Source of the DNA: Rhodocyclaceae bacterium
Lineage (GTDB): Bacteria; Pseudomonadota; Gammaproteobacteria; Burkholderiales; Ga0077523
Reading direction: 5' to 3'
DNA: 64,000 nt
NCBI GenBank assembly: GCA_020248405.1
Contig: JADCHQ010000042.1
Location: 228-64,227 of the forward strand
Shown here: piece by piece, positions 60,046-64,000 of the stretch
Position numbering within the stretch: position 1 is the first letter of the stretch
Layout of the letters: each line of letters starts with the position of its first letter
The notes under the pieces: generated by a model
Told to the model about the DNA's origin: nothing
Databases searched by the model: none
Seen by the model: only the letters and a program-made list of their open reading frames with translations
Translations under genes and position numbers: made by a program

Positions 60046-61989
60046 TCAGAAGTCTTGCCAGTCATCGTCGCCTCCAGCCACCTTGGCCGTCTTGCCGGCA
60101 GCGGTTGCCCGCCCGCCCGAGGGCGCTGGCGCCTTGGCAGCGGGCTTTTTCCCCAACCGGGTGACGTTCCTGGCGCGATCCGGTCCACGGCGCTCCTCGC
60201 CTTCCCAGCCGCCCTGGGCATCTGCATCGGCGGAGGCCTCCGCCATGGCTGCGGCCGCGGTGCTAAGGCGATAGCGCGACACGGCCTCGGCAAGCGACCG
60301 GGCCTGCTCCTCCAGGCTCTCGGCCGCGGCGGCGGCCTGCTCCACCAGGGCGGCGTTCTGCTGGGTGACGTCATCCACCTGGGTGATGGCCTCGTTCACC
60401 TGCTCGATACCGCGGCTCTGTTCCAGGGAGGCGTCGGCGATCTCGGCCATGATGCCGGTGACTTTCTTCACGGACGCAACGATCTCGTCCATGGTCTTGC
60501 CGGCCTCGTCCACCAGCCTGGAGCCGGAATCCACCTTGGCCACCGAGTCGCCAATGAGGTCCTTGATCTCCTTGGCGGCCGTGGCGCTGCGTTGGGCGAG
60601 ATTGCGCACTTCCGTGGCCACCACCGCGAAGCCGCGGCCCTGCTCGCCCGCGCGGGCTGCTTCGACCGCCGCGTTGAGCGCCAGGATGTTGGTCTGGAAC
60701 GCGATGCCATCGATCACCGAGATGATGTCGGCAATCTTCTTGCTGCTGGCGGAAATGGCGCCCATGGTCGAAACTACCTGGCGCACTACCTCACCACCCC
60801 GCACCGCCACATCCGAGGCGCCGGCCGCCAGTTGATTGGCCTGCCGCGCGTTCTCGGCGTTCTGCTTCACGGTGGAGGTGAGTTCCTCCATGGCGGAGGC
60901 GGTTTCCTCCAGGCTGGAGGCCTGCTCTTCCGTGCGGCTCGAGAGGTCTGTATTGCCGGAGGAGATCTCCTTGGCGGCCGTGGTGACCAACACCGCCGAG
61001 TCGCGCATGCGAGCAACGATCTTCTCCATCTCGTCCACCAGCTGGTTGACGCTACTGCTCAAGGTGAGCACATCGCCCTTCTTGCCTTCGGTGGGGATGC
61101 GGCCCGAGAGATCGCCACTCAAGGCGCCCTGCACCAGTTGTTTCATTTCGGCCACGGCCTGATCCAGCGCCATGGCCTCGATCTGCGCGGTGATGTCCTG
61201 GGCGAACTTCACCACCTTGATGGGCTTGCCGGTGGCATCGAAGATCGGGTTGTAGGAGGCTTGGATCCACACCACCTTGCCGTCCTTGCCCAGGCGCTTG
61301 TACTGGCCGCTGTCGAATTTTCCTTCGGCCAGCTTCGCCCAGAACTTGCGATACTCGTCGCTCTGCTTGTAAGCGGGCTCCACAAACATGCTGTGGTGCT
61401 TGCCGACGATTTCCTCGCGCGTGTAACCCACCACGCTCAGGAAGTTGGCGTTGGCGTCGAGGATGGTGCCGTCGAGGGTGAACTGGATCACCGCCTGCGA
61501 CTTGTCGATAGCCTGCACCTGGCCGCGCAGATCGGCCTCGCGCAGCTGCGCCTCGGTGACGTCAGATGCGTACTTGACCACCTTGAACACCTTGCCATCG
61601 GCGTCCACCAGCGGCACATAGCTGGCGTGAATCCACACCTCCCTGGCGCCCTTCGCGAGCCGCTTGTAGAGGCCCACATGAAATTCACCGCGATCTAGGT
61701 TTCCCCAGAAGGCGCGGTACTCCGCCGACCTGGCGTAGGCCGGCTCCACGAACATGCTGTGGTGCTGGCCGCGAATCTCGTCCAGGGAATACCCCACGGT
61801 GGCCAGGAAGTTTTCATTGGCGGTCAGAATCTCGCCACCAGGCTTGAACTCAATCACTGCCTGGGAGCGGTCAAGCGCTGCAAGGCGGGCGGCCATTTCC
61901 GACACTTCCAGTGCATTCCCCGGCCCGGCCTTGACTTGCCCTGCAGTGGCGTCAGGCGACCCCAGCAAGGCATTGAAAAAGTGCTTCAT
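60046..61989 (-). CDS. Soluble methyl-accepting chemotaxis protein with two N-terminal PAS domains and a C-terminal DWQDF pentapeptide
   Basis: Track ORF, 647 aa. Two similar PAS units (...[21 protein letters not shown]...[10 protein letters not shown]... and ...[21 protein letters not shown]...[10 protein letters not shown]...). MCP signalling hairpin ([41 protein letters not shown]). No TM helix. Ala/Gly/Lys-rich tail ending in DDDWQDF. Confidence 0.95.
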   Translation of the reverse strand: MKHFFNALLGSPDATAGQVKAGPGNALEVSEMAARLAALDRSQAVIEFKPGGEILTANENFLATVGYSLDEIRGQHHSMFVEPAYARSAEYRAFWGNLDRGEFHVGLYKRLAKGAREVWIHASYVPLVDADGKVFKVVKYASDVTEAQLREADLRGQVQAIDKSQAVIQFTLDGTILDANANFLSVVGYTREEIVGKHHSMFVEPAYKQSDEYRKFWAKLAEGKFDSGQYKRLGKDGKVVWIQASYNPIFDATGKPIKVVKFAQDITAQIEAMALDQAVAEMKQLVQGALSGDLSGRIPTEGKKGDVLTLSSSVNQLVDEMEKIVARMRDSAVLVTTAAKEISSGNTDLSSRTEEQASSLEETASAMEELTSTVKQNAENARQANQLAAGASDVAVRGGEVVRQVVSTMGAISASSKKIADIISVIDGIAFQTNILALNAAVEAARAGEQGRGFAVVATEVRNLAQRSATAAKEIKDLIGDSVAKVDSGSRLVDEAGKTMDEIVASVKKVTGIMAEIADASLEQSRGIEQVNEAITQVDDVTQQNAALVEQAAAAAESLEEQARSLAEAVSRYRLSTAAAAMAEASADADAQGGWEGEERRGPDRARNVTRLGKKPAAKAPAPSGGRATAAGKTAKVAGGDDDWQDF

Positions 61990-62400
61990 GTTTGGATCCT
62001 TTTTTTGGTTTCAGACGCTGGCAACGTGAATGTAACTGCCTTGGTCGATTGTCCAAGACAGACCTTTAACGACGCGCGCAGGGGTTCCTTTAGGCGTTCC
62101 GTTCCAAAGGACTTCCGGCCAGGCTTTGTCCAGAACAATAAGGGGGTAAGCGGTGCGCATGCTATGCAACGCATCCTGGCTGAGCGTCTGATTGCCCGCG
62201 TCCTCGACGCGTTGACGCGAACCCGCGCGGCCACTCTGGCCGACGCCAGGGCAAGGCTTGCCGTCAACGCACGGCCCCGTTTGTAGCCATGTGCCTCGCC
62301 GCGGTGGACGGACCCGAGCGGCCACGCCACCGCCCCGCCTTCAACGGCGTGCGGGCCTGCTATGCCTCACCACGGGACCGGCTGGCGTGATTGGGCTCCA

Positions 62401-63123
62401 TCAGCACTGCAGATACATGTTCAGCCTCTTCGCTGCGTTGCGAAGATGGGCCTCCGCGGCACTGCCCGCGGCAGCCGCATCGCCCGCCTCAATGGCATTG
62501 AAGATGGCTTTGTGCTCATCCTGCACTGCCTGGATCAGGTCGCTGTAGTTAGCGGCGGTGTTTCGGCGGGCACGGCGGATAAGCCTGCGAACATGCTGTT
62601 CCAGATAGCCGTTCAGCGCGTTGAAGTGGGGGTTGCTCGCAGCCTCAACGATCGCCCGGTGAAAGGCGAAGTCCTCTTCCTCCCCAGGTTCGTCGTGGAC
62701 GATCGCGTACTCCATGCCTATCAGAGCGCGCTTGATACGCTTGATGTCTTCCGGCGTGCGGCGAAGCGCCGCATAGCGCGCGGCAGCCGCTTCAAACGTG
62801 ACCAGCAATTCGATGACATGCGCAAGCCCTTCGGCATCGTCCAGCGAAGCATTGCGCAGCCGGAACGTGTGCCGCGTGCCACGTTCGTTAACGAACACGC
62901 CGCGGCCCTGCTGCGCATACACGAGCCCTTCGGATTTCAGCTGCGACAGCGCTTCTCGCACCGCCGAGCGCCCCACGGAAAACCGCTCACACAGCTCGCT
63001 CTCGCTCGGTAACCTGGCGCCGGGGCCCAGCTTCCCGGTTTCGATCTGCCGGTTGAGCCAGCGGACGATTTTGTCCGTCACGGACTTGTTTGTCCGTGGC
63101 GGCGGCTTGTTCCTGGCGGCCAT
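62401..63123 (-). CDS. GntR-family (FadR-subfamily) transcriptional regulator
   Basis: Track ORF. Winged HTH (LPSESELCERFSVGRSAVREALSQLKSEGLV) and an all-helical FCD-like C-domain. Confidence 0.9.
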   Translation of the reverse strand: MAARNKPPPRTNKSVTDKIVRWLNRQIETGKLGPGARLPSESELCERFSVGRSAVREALSQLKSEGLVYAQQGRGVFVNERGTRHTFRLRNASLDDAEGLAHVIELLVTFEAAAARYAALRRTPEDIKRIKRALIGMEYAIVHDEPGEEEDFAFHRAIVEAASNPHFNALNGYLEQHVRRLIRRARRNTAANYSDLIQAVQDEHKAIFNAIEAGDAAAAGSAAEAHLRNAAKRLNMYLQC

Positions 63124-63503
63124 GCTGTCAAACCATCATGTCTTGCATAGCGACGTTTCCGGCGCGGGCGAGAGACGCGCGTTCAGGGCGCAGCAGGCGC
63201 ATCGATGAAGATCTCCCATGAGTTCACGGAGTGCGGACAAACGGGGCGCCTCGCCGCCCCGGCAAAGCAAAGTTTGCTGCCGCACCTCATGGGCCTGTCA
63301 AGCCAGCGCAGCGCCATTGTGCTGACATTGGTTCAACAGGGCTAGCGCGGCGCGCCAGGGATGGCCGCTTCATGGATGCACCGGCGCGCCCGGGTGGCCG
63401 CACGCGGGGCGGGGGCGCGTTTACCGTCAACGCCCGAATCTTCACACCCCGGAAGCAGTCGTGCATCGAATGATTCATGCGCAAGCCCCCTGGTTCTGCC
63501 ACA

Positions 63504-63558
63504 CTTGTCTGACAAGACTGTTAGAGTCGTTGACACCCTGAAAGGGCATGCGTAGAGT
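63504..63558 (+). promoter_or_regulatory. Candidate GntR operator (CTTGTC-T-GACAAG) followed by a sigma70-like promoter (TTGACA-N17-TAGAGT)
   Basis: Perfect 6-1-6 palindrome at 63504..63516, matching the GT-N-AC core typical of GntR/FadR operators. -35 at 63530..63535, a 17-nt spacer, -10 at 63553..63558. About 110 nt upstream of the cyclase-like CDS. Confidence 0.45.
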
Positions 63559-63669
63559 CATTTCGGGTGCCTCACCTCGCGGTGGCGCAGAGCGCTGTGG
63601 GCGCCCGGCACGGTGAATCAACGACAAACGCGACGGGCTTGGTTCCGTCCGAACATGGGAGAGCATGCA

Positions 63670-64000
63670 ATGAATTCGCTCCACAAACTGAATACCGTAT
63701 GCGTGGCGCTGGCTTTGGGCGCGGCCATGTCCAGCGCGGCGGCCGCCGACACACTCAACTGGAAGTGCGAGTCCAAGTGGGGCAAGGACGATCAGGCGGG
63801 CAACATGAACTACATCACGCCGGAGAAAACCCTCGCCGCCACCAAGCTCGTCACCAAGGGCAAGACGTATCAGCTCGGCATCGAAACCAACCGCCTCACG
63901 CCCGCGTTCCCGCCGCGCAACTACGCCGTCACGGTGCTGCAGCCCAACCAGGTGAGCGGCGTGAGCCTCGGACCTACCAAGCTCACCTACAACGACGACA
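63670..64000 (+). CDS. Putative cyclase / kynurenine-formamidase-like protein with signal peptide (5' part, runs off the window)
   Basis: Not in the track because there is no stop in the window. ATG 63670 is preceded by GGGAGAG. Open to the window end with G/C-rich third positions (MNSLHKLNTVCVALALGAAMSSAAAAD...GNMNYITPEKTLAATKLVTKGKTYQLGIE). Confidence 0.65.
   Translation, partial: MNSLHKLNTVCVALALGAAMSSAAAADTLNWKCESKWGKDDQAGNMNYITPEKTLAATKLVTKGKTYQLGIETNRLTPAFPPRNYAVTVLQPNQVSGVSLGPTKLTYNDD

Noticed and set aside
62030-62070. FliA/sigma-28-like promoter upstream of the MCP gene (minus strand TAAAG-N15-ATCGACCA).
   Set aside because: The spacing is right and the CGA core is present, but only 4 of 8 positions of the -10 consensus GCCGATAA match. 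This is too weak to call without TSS data, so it is recorded only as a hint.

Overview
High-GC, betaproteobacterium-like chromosomal segment, mostly conserved housekeeping genes. One long minus-strand run reads yebC-ruvC-ruvA-(two paralogous periplasmic ORFs)-ruvB-ybgC-tolQ-tolR-tolA-tolB-pal-cpoB-tRNA-Lys x2. Other core blocks are thiS-thiG-trmB, hemW, rph-rdgB, yicC-gmk-rpoZ-spoT and dps. There is also a TetR-controlled operon: aryl-CoA ligase, five-component branched-chain-type ABC importer and a hydrolase.

Four regions stand out.
1. 56.6-62.0 kb: an orphan chemosensory module. It encodes a soluble PAS-PAS chemoreceptor ending in a DWQDF tether-like pentapeptide, a CheW, and an 874-aa cytoplasmic protein with two tandem sensor-like modules fused to a CheW domain. 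I do not recognise this last architecture; it is my best candidate for something undescribed.
2. About 3.0-9.5 kb: an AT-richer island. It holds an LRR protein, several small hypothetical proteins that look like orphan immunity genes, an ABC/SMC-like ATPase with a disrupted downstream partner ORF, and a small membrane protein.
3. 9.5-13.2 kb: a decaying cluster. One of two Tat-signal nitroreductase paralogs has an in-frame amber codon, and the AraC regulator is frameshifted.
4. 13.2-15.1 kb: a TPR-like gene next to a degenerate IS630-type transposase remnant.

No CRISPR array, rRNA, intact transposase or integrase was seen. Many long ORFs in the track are antisense or off-frame shadows typical of high-GC DNA and were not called. 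All family names are from reading the translations by eye; no database search was run.
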